Assembly (NCBI GenBank): GCA_000934665.2
Contig: KZ538578.1
Span: 1-63,335 of the forward strand
Direction of reading: 5' to 3'
DNA from: Catajapyx aquilonaris
Lineage: Eukaryota
DNA: 63,335 nt
The notes beneath the pieces are model-generated. The model was not told the origin of the DNA and did no database searches. It saw nothing but the letters and a program-made list of their open reading frames with translations. Below, in pieces: positions 1 through 14,700 of this stretch; position 1 is the first letter of the stretch, and each line of letters starts with the position of its first letter. The position numbers and the translations under genes are program-made.

Positions 1-189
1 CATTACCCTTCCAAAATAAAAGGGGCCAAAACCGGCCATTTTGTTCCATGTAAATAAAGGTGACCTGATTAAAACTTTACAGGGTTCAACGGTACCTTTT
101 ATTTTTAAGGGGACATATTCCCTTCTAAAATAAAGGTGACAAAACAGGCCGTTTCGTCACCTTTAATAAAGGTGACCGGGCTAAGAGTG
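1..189. mobile_element. Right end of a CACTA/EnSpm-like non-autonomous element, truncated by the window edge
   Basis: Ends ...CTAAGAGTG|TA (reverse complement TA|CACTCTTAG). Repeated subterminal AATAAAGGTGAC motifs near 53, 129 and 165. Confidence 0.55.
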
Positions 190-348
190 TACGTTTGGAT
201 TAGTTTAGTTGTTTAGATTTGTGTAAGCTCAATAATTGTGATTTCCGTTAATTAATATTATTCACAACATCTTTTCTCAATGGCTTCCGGCATCAATTTC
301 TTAAGGTAACCATGAAAAAATCCACGATAATTGACATAAATGCAGCTC

Positions 349-1200
349 TCAGGCAGGGCTATACCTGCCAGAAGAGTGGTTTTTAAAAGCGCGCCAGACG
401 CAGGACCAATCGGGGCGAGGGAGGGCGGGGCTCAGGCCGCCTGTCTCTCTAGCCATGTACAGTTTGTTAATATGCCTCCCGGAGTCTATATTGTATTCCC
501 TCACGCAGCTCACGTCGGCCTTGATGCAGCGTTCATCTAGGCGAAGGATGTATTGTCTGTCCAGCGCCTGGAATCTCGAGAGCGTGACGTACGCCATTCC
601 TCTTGCGAACACGGGCTTGCTGAGGTCCACCAAAGCGGAATCCAGAGTCAGCTCCTGAGATTTTGTAGATGGTGATGGCGTATGCTAGTATCAGTGGAAA
701 CTGTTTCCTCTCCGCGTATATGTTGGAGCCGAGCTCGAACTTGACAAACACACCTGCAGATCGACTTTTCGTCGTTTGGGATGTTGTCAAAGTTGATCTT
801 GACTGACGAGATGCGGCGGTTATTCTCCATCCTCCAGCCAGACAAGGTGCACATTGCGCCGTTCACCAGTCCTTCCTGCACGTCGATGCTGCGAGCTGCC
901 GTCGATGCTGCGAGGCCGGCCGTATACGCGAGGCGTCCTCTCGCAGACTCTCTAGGTGCTTGCTTCCCCTCTTGCAGCCAGCCTTGTTGCCTGCTGTGAG
1001 CTTGTCCTCTGCCTCCAGAAGGACAGTATCCAGGCACGACGCACGAAGCATACGGTGGTTGAATTCGTGGCACATGTCGTTGGTTGGGAGGAGGCACACG
1101 GGATTCAATCCTTCTGCCTTGCACCTGCTGTAGATACGGACGCATGCTTCGTTGTTGTTTTTGGATGCCAGCGTGGTGCGGACCCTGCTTGCCAAGAATT
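349..1200 (-). pseudogene. Frameshifted PIF1-like helicase C-terminal region, Helitron Rep/Hel relic
   Basis: Overlapping minus-strand ORFs carry successive PIF1 motifs in different frames: CLLPTN..C.EFN.RML, IDVQEGLVNGAMC, RKQFPLILAYAITIYK(SQGLT), VDLSKPVFARGMAYVTLSR. Confidence 0.85.
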
Positions 1201-2504
1201 GGAGGGTTGACTCGGAGACTACTATAGGCCCACTCGCACCTGGACCAGAAGATGCTGGTAGACGGCCTGCTTCTTATGAATAACCTCCTGATTCTTGTTA
1301 TTGTACCGAGTTTTTCGGCTCGACTTACCGGACATGAATATGAGATGTCACATGATAGGAAGAAGTCACACGTTCGCTAACTCAATTCGTAATGTCTGTT
1401 GAGGTTAATTTTTATGCTTCGGCCTCTATACCAATCAGTTGTGTCAGTTCTATAGAAACGAAATGGTGTGAGTTACGCGAGGCATTTGTTGATATGAGTT
1501 GCGTGGCAATTAGAAAATGGAATAAATTTAATTTAATGGATTTTTTATTTAATTTCTTATTTAATTTTTTAATTGGCTGTGAGATGAAATAGGCTAATTT
1601 GCATAGAGGTTAGGGGGATAAGTTGGAGCAGTACGGAGGTATGTTCAAAACTTGAAGTCTCTGTGTGCAAGGATAAGGCCTGTAGAGCTCGGCACAAAAT
1701 CGTCCCAACGAGTCGGAAAAATTCATTGTTGGAAAACTACCTGACGATCTTACTTATAGGGACTACCGTCCCTACAATGACATAAAACGAGGCGAGTAGC
1801 AGAGCACAAGTGTAGTGCTTTTCCATTGTTATGTACAATCTTTATTGTGGTGTCAGTCAGAAGTTGGGTATTCAGCACTTGCAAGTCTTGCAATGGGACC
1901 ATCAGTAATGATGGAGTATAGTAGTGTTCTGCCCTGTGACTCACTGGGCTTGATTAAACTTGAATAGAAAAAAAAAGAAACAACGACTCTCTTCCCACCA
2001 TGACTAGAGCACCATGAGCAAGTTACATCTCTGTGTGTGTGTAATGACCCTTCAGGGCTTTCATAATAATTAGAGCAATGCTGTTTCTTCACTCTAAATT
2101 GCCTTTATACAAGGCGAGTCGTAACTCTCGAGTCTAGATCATCTGGCAGCCACTATGTGGGTGATCACTTTAATTTGGGTCTACCGTAGTAACACAACAA
2201 CCCACTTCAGATTCTGTTGTGGAATTTAATAACAGGCCATTTTCCCACATATTTCACCTATACATTTTAGATTTGTATTGGGCCAAGAAATCCACTGGCT
2301 GGATGACCAGGAATTCTGATTCACCCTGCACGTCAATCATTTTTTTTGTTCTTTTGCTAGTTCTGGTAAAGATTCAGGTATACATAAGACCTAGAATATT
2401 TATTCCAAAAGATTTTCATGATAATTAACTACAGTCGCCAACAGTATTCTCCAGGAACATGACTATCTCTCTCTCTCTCATCAACAACCTGTACAACATG
2501 TAAT

Positions 2505-5500
2505 TTACAATCCACAAATACTTTTAAGGAGCCGTACACCAGTTTGAGCAGCATCCTTAGGAACCTGCAACAGAAAGAAGCAAATGAAGTCGTGCTTGCA
2601 TTTTGTCATGTAATCAACAGTAGCTTCTAACACTTCATCTTGGATCATGTTTAATTATAGGCTAATTGTGATTATTTTAATCGGATCTACACTTGAAATT
2701 TTAAGTGGAACCCAAAATATTCATGACTAGAGTCAGGATTTTTTGGCAAATGGCTATTTAGTTCCTTAACAGTTGGGATGGTTTTGTGACGGGATCTATC
2801 CATTTCATAAGTGTAGGATAAATGTTGGTTTTATAGTGCCTAAAATTGCCTATTTCGTGGTTTTGGGAACTATTTTGCCTATTCTGGCTTATTGCGACTT
2901 TTCATGCCTATTTGGCTGTTTTTGGGATAGTTTTTGAAGCAATTTCGGGACTTTTTGGGCCTATTCCTGACATATTCCTTCAGAGGGATGTTCGGTTTTT
3001 TTTGCGGCGTATTTTTTGTGCTCCTGAAAGGACCAAAATCGTTCCAAAGTAGCAATCATGCAAATGCATTGCATGTGCAAATGGTCACGCACAATCAAGT
3101 GAGCACTACCATGAGACATACCACACATTCTGGCAAGGTCATCGATGATTATGTGGCATTCTTCCCAGACAATCACTGCACAGGTGGTGTTAATGATCTT
3201 CTCTGTCCTAACTCTGATAAGAATCTGAAAACCTGTCTCTTTGAAAGCTGACTACGGACCCTTATTTGTACCATTGCACAGTGTGTCCTAACGCAAGAAC
3301 ACTTGGGACAAAAATGGTAAAACCAAGTTGGCAGTGTCATGTCAAATCTGCCATAATGTAAGAAATTAATGTCTGAACAATTTAAAAAAAAAACCCCTTG
3401 GTAGGTTCAATTGAGATGCCTTTTATGCCAGGCAGGTACTCAAGTCGAGTGTTCGCCTGCCACCTTTTGTGTCTATTCAGTCGGCTTCGAATGGTCATGG
3501 AAGAAAGGTCACCGCATTTCCAAATTCAGGCTCATCCGGATTTTAAGCTGTGCATAAAATACCTTTGCCTAAGTATACTACTTACCCTCATGTAGCAATT
3601 TGAATGTGACCTTGAATTATCGGTGCCAGGCACTCCTTTGTTGAGGCCTCCATCACGCATATTTGTCACGTCATTGATTTGATTTCAAAGACGAAAAGTA
3701 ACAGATTTCACAATATTTCACTTCGAATCTCACATTAAACGAAAGACTAGACTCCCTAGTTATAGACTCACTTCGTTTCAATACCACATAATGCCACATT
3801 TTTTCCAAAAAGGGGGCAGCATTTGTCATGCTACCCCGACAAAAGTTGCAATTATGTGCACTTAATACTAAGTGAATCTATAACAGGGCAGTCTAGTCAT
3901 TTGTTTGGTGTGTCATTCAAAGAGAATCTTGTGAAATTCACTACTTTTCATCTTGAAAATCAGAGGAATATCGTGACCTTCGTGACAAATCCGCGGGGAA
4001 TGGAAGCCATTTTTGTCCAAGCATTTCCGCGTTTGGACACACTACTGTGCATTGGAATGCTGTGGAACACTATATGCCTCTTTTAGCATGTCATATGCCT
4101 CTGTGGCTGTTTTCTTCAAAAGGAAGTGAAAGGCCCACATGATCTGCATTTGCAATGCCGAGTTTGCGAAACGGCCTTTACAAATTCTATGTACATTGAA
4201 GCAAAAATTATCAGCATGCCCTGGTCTAACACAATAAACTGTAACCACAAATACATGGTGGAGAATTTCAGACCCACCCAAAAAAAGCTCCTGGTGTTAC
4301 CATGTATGCACCAACCATACCATTATTGCTGTACGTACCATGTGTCCAGCACGCAGTATCCAATAAAAACTGAAATTCTTAAAAGATTTTTTGAAGGCAA
4401 CCGTGGAGTCCCCAATTACTACAGGGTCACGGGCTGCTTTTTTCCAGGATGGTAATCCTGCCCATCTGAGAGAATTCACCCAACTTGTTGTCCCTGTAAA
4501 TGAAATATTTCCATCAATAAACAAAATGTTCATGCCTTTTACTCTGACTGTAAGGAGAAATTCTGAGTGTATGTTGACAAGAGGACTAACCACAAAGTGG
4601 AAAATACATTGTGGTTGGGTCTTGCATGAATGTCTTCCCAGCCTTCTCTTGGAAAGTTTTATTATTAGAATTGTAGTGTTAAAATGTGAAGAGCCATAGA
4701 ATAGTGCTGACATCACAAGCCTTTAATTGCTAATTACATTGTCAATAGTCAATTTGTGCAACTTACAGCCATTGTGATGTTGCCCTCTCTAGTAGCACTT
4801 TTATTTTGTCACTTTATACAATTTTAATACTTCTTTATTGAAAAAAAATCAAATCCAAGTAGTGACAACATTGCAATAAATCCACAATGGACTATAGTTG
4901 ATTCCATACTATTTTAAGGCTTAACTTTCGATCATACTTCTAGCCTGGAGACAATGAGAGGTTTCTTACCCAGAGTATCCACTATCAGATCCAGTTGTCC
5001 ATTATACACACTGACACTGATGGGTGTAGTGTTGAGAAGCAACTCCACTGCAAAAAAATTACAATCACATACTTAAGAGTCATATAAAGTGGGAACATTT
5101 GCATAAGCTCTCTTAAATCCAAAATGCCAATGTAACAAAATAATGTTTGGTGTTATCAGAGAGAGACATATCGGAATATAAATTAAGACAGTGGACGGTC
5201 CACCAACGCAACACTTCAATTGGAGGAAAGAACAAAACCTTCCTCACCAGAGAGTAGCTAAAACCATTAACATCAAGCAATATGGTGAAAAGACGTACTC
5301 CTTCGAATTAACGAATGTTGCACTCCACTCAATTTGTCAGTTAAAGACCATATTATCAAAAAAATGTAATTACTGATGAATAATATGGGATGCCCATTAG
5401 AAGTTATGTCGACAACAGTTTTCAATGTGTTATGTTGTGTTAGTGAATTCTTGGCCATGCAAGGCAAGCACAGTGGTTAGCGTACTGAGTAAAAATGGTC

Positions 5501-7914
5501 CTTGCAGTACAAATCGTGAATTTTTCTGGATAGGGTAAACAGTACAGTGCTGGCCCGCCCTACAGTGATGGCCCACTGCGTCTTGGTTCTTTAAGAAATA
5601 AGCCGTGTAAATGCCATAACATGAAGAAGTGATCATGTTGTGACACCTGTGACCCTTTGCTTGAACTAGGTCGAAAATCTGTCCACAGAGGTCATTGCAA
5701 GCAGTAATGGCACCTCACAAACAGACCTGCTGCTCATATAGGATAAAGCATACAATGACGGCCAGTTTCTACAATCCACACGCTTTTGTGTGGCTTTATC
5801 TCGTGTCAGGCCTATGGTACTAATACCAATGGTCCCTCCTGTCCTTAGGTTCCTACTGTAGATACCCTATCATTTTGCTGCCATGACCATCACTATCTTG
5901 GCATCTGGCCATTACTGTCTTTTAGGCAGTATATTTTGTGCATTTAAATATATGTACACATTCTGACAGATTTAAATGAATTTGATGGAATGTGAACCGG
6001 CAAATCTTCGGTTATTATATAAACATTTTAGATAATTTATACAGAAAGAAATTCTGAGGATATTCATGTATTACTCAGACCAATACGCTAAACTGGCCAT
6101 CACTATGTGGTTTACCCTACTTCATTTCTACCATCTGACTATAGTCATTATAATAGGTTTTAGCTAACCAAAAAAACTACAATATGTAAATAATTACCTA
6201 TTCCAGTCACAGGTTTCATGAAATCATCAGCCAATGCTTGAAAAACATCTTTACTCTGGCCTCCCCATGTCACATTGTTTGGCACTATGCGCAGCATGCT
6301 TTTGATGGGGCCATTCATTAGCTCCGAGAGATTGTATCCATGCATTTCTTCCACATGACGGCTGTACAATCGTCCTGTAAAAACCAATTTCAGAATACAC
6401 GTTGTGTAAAAATGTGCTGCTGCTATATTCACCCAGAAAGTCCTTGCTTGCATCTCTTTTTGGCGTTTTAGTTCCACGTCCCAGAATGTTGTAAAAGTTG
6501 ACTCCATTGGTACAGTTCTCCACAACTCCTTCAGCTTCATCCCACAAGTGGGTTGCCTCCGTAAACTTTCCCTGGTCAACTGCATCTTTCACTTGGAAGG
6601 CAGAGTTGTTGATGCTCAGCAGACCCTGTGTATCCACTAATGACTGCAAAATACGAAAGTATATTAATCCTCTGGTGTTGCCTTAATTCAATCCCATATT
6701 TCATTACGCTCTTATACTAGGGTGGCCAGACGTCCTTCTTTAGGAAGGTCAGTCCTTCTTTTGAGCACTCTGTCCTTCGTCCTTCGCCACCTCAAGAAGG
6801 ACATTGATTTGTCCTTCTTTTTGGGGCGTCTAAAATAATATGTAAATTTCCTGACCAGTACTAGAACAGTGGAAAGGTTGAGACCTGAATCCCACAATAA
6901 CCACTCTTGGAGACGGCTAATAAAGGACAGAAATACATACCATAGGCTTCCCTTGATTTGTAAAGTAAGTTAACATGGTTAGTGTATCCAGGCTCCTGCA
7001 GAGCTTGTCTGAGGCCTGAGGCAGGAATCATGTTAGAAAACAAGTAACCACAACAATACTATTGACCTTTGGCATTGAAGTCACAAACGTACATGTTATT
7101 ATATATGGTTACATGGTTGGGAATGGTTGGCAAGTTAGCCGTCTAAGTCATATGGGCCTAATGAACTTACATTTGGAAATTAATTCTGCTTGAATTTTCT
7201 AGAAAAGCTTGTAGACTTTACAATTATAGCACTTTTCATATTAGCGATGTTTGCAATTTTGGTTTAAGTTATAGGCTCTAGATTACAAAAATTTACAAAG
7301 CAGTCAATGCAACACGCCAGTAGGTCCCAATTTCACTTGCACAAGCACATAACAATTCGCACACCCTGAAAATGCAACCAGTCGAGATATGGAAAAGAGG
7401 AAAAGGGCTATAAATGTGCACAAATGGCGTGTTGGCGAACCTAGCCCATACTATTGCAATGTCATGGCTCCTCTTGCACACATAGCATCTTAATTGATTA
7501 GGGTTTTTAATCCTTGGCAGGAGACATTTATAATTTATTACACTATGTAACAAATATCAACATTTTTGTCCTTGGATATTCATTGCTATTTGCATGTTCC
7601 TTAGGTCACTGGTAACTCACAATGACTTTTCATTCTGTCTGAATTTAGGGAGACGGAGTGGCGCCGCGGTAACGCGCGCGCCCACGGAAGTTAAGGTCCC
7701 GGGTTCAATCCCCACCCGGGGTTCCCACCTTCTTTCGTGCAGAGTTGGGCCATCTCTGGCTTCGTTTCGGGTGGCAATTTCCGATAGACTAAGCCACCCG
7801 GGGGAGTTCACAAAATGACCACTACTCGACAGCGCACACGCACTTTGCACATCCCCTCCTAANNNNNNNNNNNNNNNNNNNNNNNNNNNNNNNNNNNNNN
7901 NNNNNNNNNNNNNN

Positions 7915-7946
<32 letters not shown>

Positions 7947-8691
7947 TCTGAATTTTGTCTTAAACATTGTGGCTGTCAAAGAACCAAAGTCCTCGAAATA
8001 TTGGGGTCATTCCGAATCAAGTAGGCCAAAATGTTGCTTGACCCTCTCGGATGTTGGTGGAAAAAAAACACAGAAATGCACACCTATTCCATAATGCTGA
8101 ACATCAAGTTTCATCCATATTGCTAAATAGCGTGAGGAGGGGTAAATTCGCGAAATTTTGGAAAGGGCTAAAAATGAGGCCTTTTCCGGTTAGTGGAATT
8201 GGTCAAAATCCAGTAAACATAGATATCAAATGATATAAAAAGACTTGAAAAATGTCAAAAATTTAAGCAGAAAAACATGTGCCATTTGTTCTATTCATCC
8301 CATGCTCAGTCACATCTCCAAGAATTTGCTCTGATAATAAATTAGTGATGTGTTTGTGAAACGTCAGTCATATTTGGTGACATGAGTTGTGACCCACATA
8401 AGGTTTAATGTTATGTTCAATTGACCGAAGCAGTTTGGAGGAGGGGATGTGGTGTCCGACTGGTAATCGGGAGGTCCTGGGATCAAATCCTGGGGCCGGC
8501 AACTCTGACCGTGGTTTTCTGTGGTTTCCCACGGTCCAGGAAAATTCTGGCGTTGCTTCCGTAATTAATAGGCCACAGCCGCTTCCTTCAGTCCCTATCC
8601 TATCCCAAAGAGCACAGTAAAATGAAAGCAAAGAGTTCAAGGCAAAACAAACTTCCCCCCTAAAGAGCCGATGGCTGATAAAGGGGTATGA

Positions 8692-8750
<59 letters not shown>

Positions 8751-11700
8751 GTTATGTTCAATTTGAAACCAGGTAGCATATACTGTATGCATGGCTTGCA
8801 AGAAAATATGAGGGATGTTTCGCAGACTCATCACTAATTTTATGGGGCCCAAATTCTGAGATATGTGACCGACGGAATGCCACACGTTTTTCTGGTTACA
8901 TAAAGCTAATTCTGTAGTTGCATTATCCTCGTCTTACTCCATCTTTTGATGCACATAATTATGTTCGTTGGGTTTTGACCACTTCCACTAACCGAAAACA
9001 ATATTCGGCAAGGGCTCATTTTAAGGCAGTTTCAAAATTTCGGCTAGGTTCCCCTTTATACAGTACCGGTACTGTACGTAGTCAACTTCCGAACACCGTT
9101 CGTAAGCATTTTTAGCCCTTTTCCTTTTTCCCACATCTTGAGTGGTCGCATTTTCAGGGTGAGAGAATTAGCGTGTTTGAGCAAGTCTTATCGAATCCTT
9201 ACATATGAATCAAGGCCCAGGCCCCCGACCGAAACAGGGGGTCCCAAATTGGCGAATTTCTACTGGAAAAAATTTGACATTATAGGGCCCAGAGTCCCAA
9301 ACCCAAAGAGGGGCCCCAAATTACAAATTCTCCTAAGTATATACATGTTGTATAATAATTTTATATGGCTTTTTATATACTTCAACTCACCATAAAACAT
9401 GTTTGATTTTGGTTAAATTTTTATGCTGAAGACTTCAGTCACTACTGTGTTAAAAACACTAATTTTACAACTTGGGTATTTCGGTTATCATGAAGTAAAA
9501 AGGCTGATTCATTATAGTGTATACCGTATGTTGTATACAGGTATATCCCATATTCATAGCAGCTGTGTCCTTCTTTTTGGAGATTTGGAAATGGCCACCC
9601 TATCTAACTATCTTATACATTGTTGTAATACCAGCATGTTAAACTGAGATGCAACCGACAAGGGAAGTGTAAGTGTTGTCCGTGGAGTTTCTGAATGAAA
9701 CTTGGGACAATAATATAGGCAGGTAAGTTATTAAAGAAAATGCAAACAATTTAGGCGGATGCCCACAAGGTCAAAAGTTATGACCTCTCGAACTCACCAG
9801 GGACACTTTCCAAGGTCTCACCGATTTTCTTGAAATTCGGTACCTTGGTAGGCCACCCCAAGGGATGAAAAACACACCTAAAGTGACCCACTCAAAATGA
9901 CCAGGTGACCCCTTTTGGTGGGCAGAGGTCAACTCTTAAATGCCGAAAACTCACCCACTTTCTTGAAATTCGGTGCATTGGTAGCCCACAAAAACGGGTT
10001 ACCGGGTCATTTTGAGCAGGTCACTTTATGTGCGTTTTTCATCCCTTGGGCTGGCCTTCCAATGCGCCGAATTTCAAGAAAATCAGTGAGACCTTGGAAA
10101 GTGTCCCTTGTGAGTTCAAGAGATCATAACTTTTGAGCTTGTCGGCATCCGCCTAAATTGTTTGCATTTTCTTTAATAACTTACCTGCCTATATTATTGT
10201 CCCAAGTTTCATTCAGAAACTCCACGGACAACACTTACACTTCCCTTGTGAGATGTGATTAGTGGTTAATAATTTTCTGGCACCAATCTGCTTATTTTTA
10301 AGCAGACACTTTAGAACAGCTACTTTTAGTAGTTATCAAAAGTATTACATGCTAAGATGAGGCCAAACTGAATCATCCATCCCAACTCTGAATTGAAATG
10401 AATTCCCCATTGGGAATGGCCTTTCTGAACAACTGAAATCATGATAGATCCTATTGTTACAGGCAGACCCCCTGGAAGGCGCTAACAGGATTGATCAATG
10501 TAACTAATTTTAGCAGCTAATATCTCTGATAACCTCAATAAAACTGATAAGCCCCATGGCCATTTCAATATTGTAACACACTGTATGTTACATTCAATTG
10601 CATTTAATTGCATTTGTAGCACATTTCCTACCACGAAAAAGTGAATAATGTGACAATTTTTAATTATTACCATTATTACAATTTCAGTTTAAAAAATTCA
10701 CTGAATAAATATGTATGAAGTGCAGAGATTACAAAAATTGTGCATACCATGCTGTAGAGGAATGGTCCCCACGTCAGAACTGAATCAACTGGAGAAATCC
10801 AAGAGTCACCAAGAGCTATTCCTTTAAAGGCACACTTGATTTTTCCTTTGACAATGCTCTAGCATGAAAAAGTAACAAAAAATCCCATGTTACATAGATA
10901 TAGCATGTCTCCCAAACAACTCACCACACCTTATGCAGTGATGCGGCCAACAGCGTGGCCATTTTTCCTCCATAAGATTCAGCAAATATGTAAAATGGAA
11001 CAGTCTGAAACTCAGGCAGCTTTTGCATGAGCAACACTTTTAGCATGTTGAGGAGATCATCAGCAATCATGCTGTTGTTTCTTGCTAACAGCTTCGTGTT
11101 ATTCACATAACTAAAGCCAGTTCCGACAGGATTGTCCACAAAGAGAACATTAGTGTAATTGACCCATGTGTAAGTCCGGTTCTGTAAATTGACATCTTGT
11201 GGACCAATCTCCAAAAAATTTCCCACTCCTGTTGAGGATGCCCCAGGTCCTCCCTGCAGCCACATGACCAGTGGATGTTTAGTATGATCTTCAGAAGCTC
11301 GAGTGTAGTACAACCACCAGAACATGTTGGCACCAGGGCGAGTCTCTATGTATCCCCATGATTGCTTGGCAGAGTCTTGAGGATTGAAGCGCTTTCCTAT
11401 GGAGATATAAAAATATTAGTGCTTTGGGAAGTTACTAACACAATGGCAATTTTTGTTGCCAGTTCTGGCCAAATAATATGAATTCTTTGTTCTTGTCATT
11501 CGCGCGAGACCATACCATATCCTTTCACATCAATTTATTAAAAATTAAAATATCCGCAAAAGCCCTCAGCTATGACTTGGAGTATTGAAAAATTCTGTAA
11601 TAAGTGCCATGATTATTTATTATGCCTCTGTTTTTGTCACAATAGTGCTTTTATTGAGATACATAAACATCGGCAGTGGTTGGGTAATAAGACGCAGATA

Positions 11701-14700
11701 ACTCAAATTATGGCCGACCAGGCTGCCATCTGGCAACCTTCCAAGCAATACCCTTATAGGGAATAAGGAAAATCAAATGGCTGGTTTCAGTAAAAAAGAA
11801 GAGTTCTCCTCAACATTGCCAAGTCCAAGTAGACCTGATAACTACGGAACTCTCAAATATGCATGGGAACTTTCCACCTTATGTTAAGGATGATGCTTTA
11901 CGACATGGATTTTGTAATCAGTTCTCATGCAGGCTGCGGCATTTCTGGCACCCATCACTGGGGTGACACTTCTGTCATAGCCATGTGATGATAGGATGAT
12001 ATGCACTGAACCATGAGAGATAGTCAGTGTCAATGCCTATTATCAGACATAATGAGTTCCCCATAGCATAATAAAAAGTAGTGAATCTGGGTAATATGAG
12101 CCACATCAGAGTAAGTGGTTGGAGCATATGCACCTTGGGGGTCTGTATTATTAATATGGACTTCCTTAAACTCTTTTACCAAATTTCAGTCCTGCATATA
12201 GCAGTACAAAAAATCTTTCTCGCACTTCTAACAGTAGGTTTCCGAAGGATTTCATAACCAATGAGGCCTTATAGAAAGACCTCAATTTACTGAATCTGGC
12301 CAGTTTGGGCAATATGATTGAGGGCCGGTTTCACCGAGCTCAGTATATGATAAAACCAGGGTATTTCTCAAAATCCCTATCTATTTGTATGGATTTTCCT
12401 AAAGAAACCTGGTTTTATCATATACCAAGCTCGGTGAAACCGGCCCTGAGGGGTAATTAGTTTGTGAAAATTTTGAATGTGACATCTAAAAACACCATCA
12501 CTGGTTCTATCCACTATCTCGATTCCTGCTGGGCCAAGCTCTAAAATCCCTATCTACAGAAAATACATATTTAACAATAATCACAGTGAATTGAAATCCT
12601 TGACATGCCATGGCAGTGATGCTATATATAACATTATTACTACAGGAGTGTGCTCATACTGCTGTCCTACAAAGGAAAATCTTACCAGCATTGTTCGATT
12701 AAGTTGAGTGACAGGTGTCCATGGCATTAGGCTACTGCAGCCAATAAGCAACACTTGGCTTTATTGCATATTGCATATTTATGGCTCTCTTTTGTAGGAC
12801 AGCAGAATGGAGGTCAAGGAAAACCCAGTAGAGAAAGAATGAAAATAGATAACATTAGTTAAACCTACTAAAATGGTACAATGCATACCAAACCGTCTAA
12901 AATTGAACATTTTAAGACAGTGAAAAGGACATAACGCAATAATAATAATTCAAAAAATAACAATTTAAAAATTTTAAATAAACAAAATTACTTTATTACT
13001 TTATGAGAGAAAGTGCCTATGATCAGGACATTTTTCTCTCAAAATGTAATCAATTTCAGACTTGCGCAAGCATCGCCTAGGGTACTTGATTGGTGACCGG
13101 CACAACCCTCAGCCTACCCCCAAGTGTCTGGACCATTTCCGAGTCAATAGTACATAATGGACAATTTGGCATATACACATGGGAGTGGCCAAGGATAGGG
13201 TCGTTGCACCTGAATTACTCCTTCTACGCAAAAAATGTTTTTCCACTATCTCAGTACGTCATGGCCCAGGTTGCCTTCTCCTGAGTAAGGCTGGGTTGCT
13301 TAAATGATGGCAAACCCTGAACAGGTAATTAATTCTAGGCGTGACATGGGCACAGTTGTCCAATTTTGAACATTTGAATTTTTATAAGAGCTCCTGTTAT
13401 ACCTACACATCCAATATTTTTCGGCATGGTGGAGGTACTCATTGGTAATATAAGTGACTAATATATTCACAGGCAGTGCCATCCCTTTGACTTCCCATGT
13501 TTTTTAGAAGCTGCCCTATGCAAACGGACCACTGTACCCCGATACCCAGGGTCCGGAAGGGATTGGGACCCCTAATTCACACAAGAAGTATGCTTTATTT
13601 TTTATCCTACATCTAATCCATCTAAATAAATAGGAAATAAATAAAAGTGACTTCTGTTACTGCAACATGCGAACGAAAGTGAAACATCATCTCTCTCCAG
13701 AAATTATACCTTGTCCTGCCACATCCTTTCGCACATGGACTTTACTTCACACTAGTGTCTGTCAAAACCATTAGCATATAAAACTACTACGACATTAGTG
13801 CTGTACAGAGGCAAAAGGGGGCACGGTCATCCACAAAAAGGTGCACACTGGTCCATGGACCACTGTGCCCCAGAGGGCAGCAACTGACACTTATATTATG
13901 AATCGTAGCTTCCATTGCAAATCACGCTTTCCAAAGGATCTGTTCTAACTTTGCCGTTGGGTCACAAGCGACAGGATTGTTGGGACTGATATCGTGTTTG
14001 AGCAGCCCCCTGTCTGGCAGCCATCTTGTATCCAATAATCGGATCTTAATAATCGAGCGTACGGTGCGTACCGAGGAGGAAAGACCACAGTGGTTCATGC
14101 AAGCCTGTGCTTGTGTTCGCAGCCAGCGTTTTGACCTCCATTGGTAGCAAGTACCTGATGCTGTGGGTACTAGCCTTCAAATAGATGTCTCCTGATACAG
14201 CAGGATCACAGGCATCTCACAGGTGGCTGTCATGTTGGCAAGATGCATAACAGTGACCTGTTTCACTAGGTACCAGATGAAGACATTATTCTGGTTTCTT
14301 ATATTTTTGAAATGGAAATGACCACTGTGCCCCGGTCTCCCCTATATGAATAACACGGGATCAACTACTTATTCTGGGTTTATTGTATTTATGAAACCAG
14401 CCATCTGCCACCTGACAAATATATTTATTAATGTACGATTTAACTTATGGATGTCTGGCAAGACATCTCGCAGACAAATTGTAATAAGCCTAACCAAAGC
14501 ACAAACTTCTCGTCACATGAGTTATGGTCGTCCAATGTGACTTTCTCCCTGCCTTTCTGTAAGCAGATTCTCAGATTTCTTGAGAACATTATTTCCAAAG
14601 TTTATGGTGAACTTTTGTAAATGCAGCCACTGTAACCAATGAAATCTAACAACTGCCCTCCAAAACATACAGACAGCTGAAGACATGGTCACGATAACGT

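Larger units (their letters stand above)
6718..9602. mobile_element. hAT-like non-autonomous element in SCPEP1 intron 3, containing nested insertions
   Basis: Termini TAGGGTGGCCA (6718) and TGGCCACCCTA (ends 9602), with GTCCTTCTTT subterminal repeats at both ends. The left flank TCTTATAC (6710-6717) recurs at 9611-9618, 8 nt beyond the right end. Confidence 0.6.

Noticed and set aside
7863..7914. Run of N bases
   Set aside because: It is an assembly gap within a SINE, not a biological feature.
10919..10929. Stronger-looking GTGAGT donor at 10924 for SCPEP1 exon 2
   Set aside because: It would add 5 nt and shift the frame of the GDSWISP exon. The donor at 10929 keeps phase 0.
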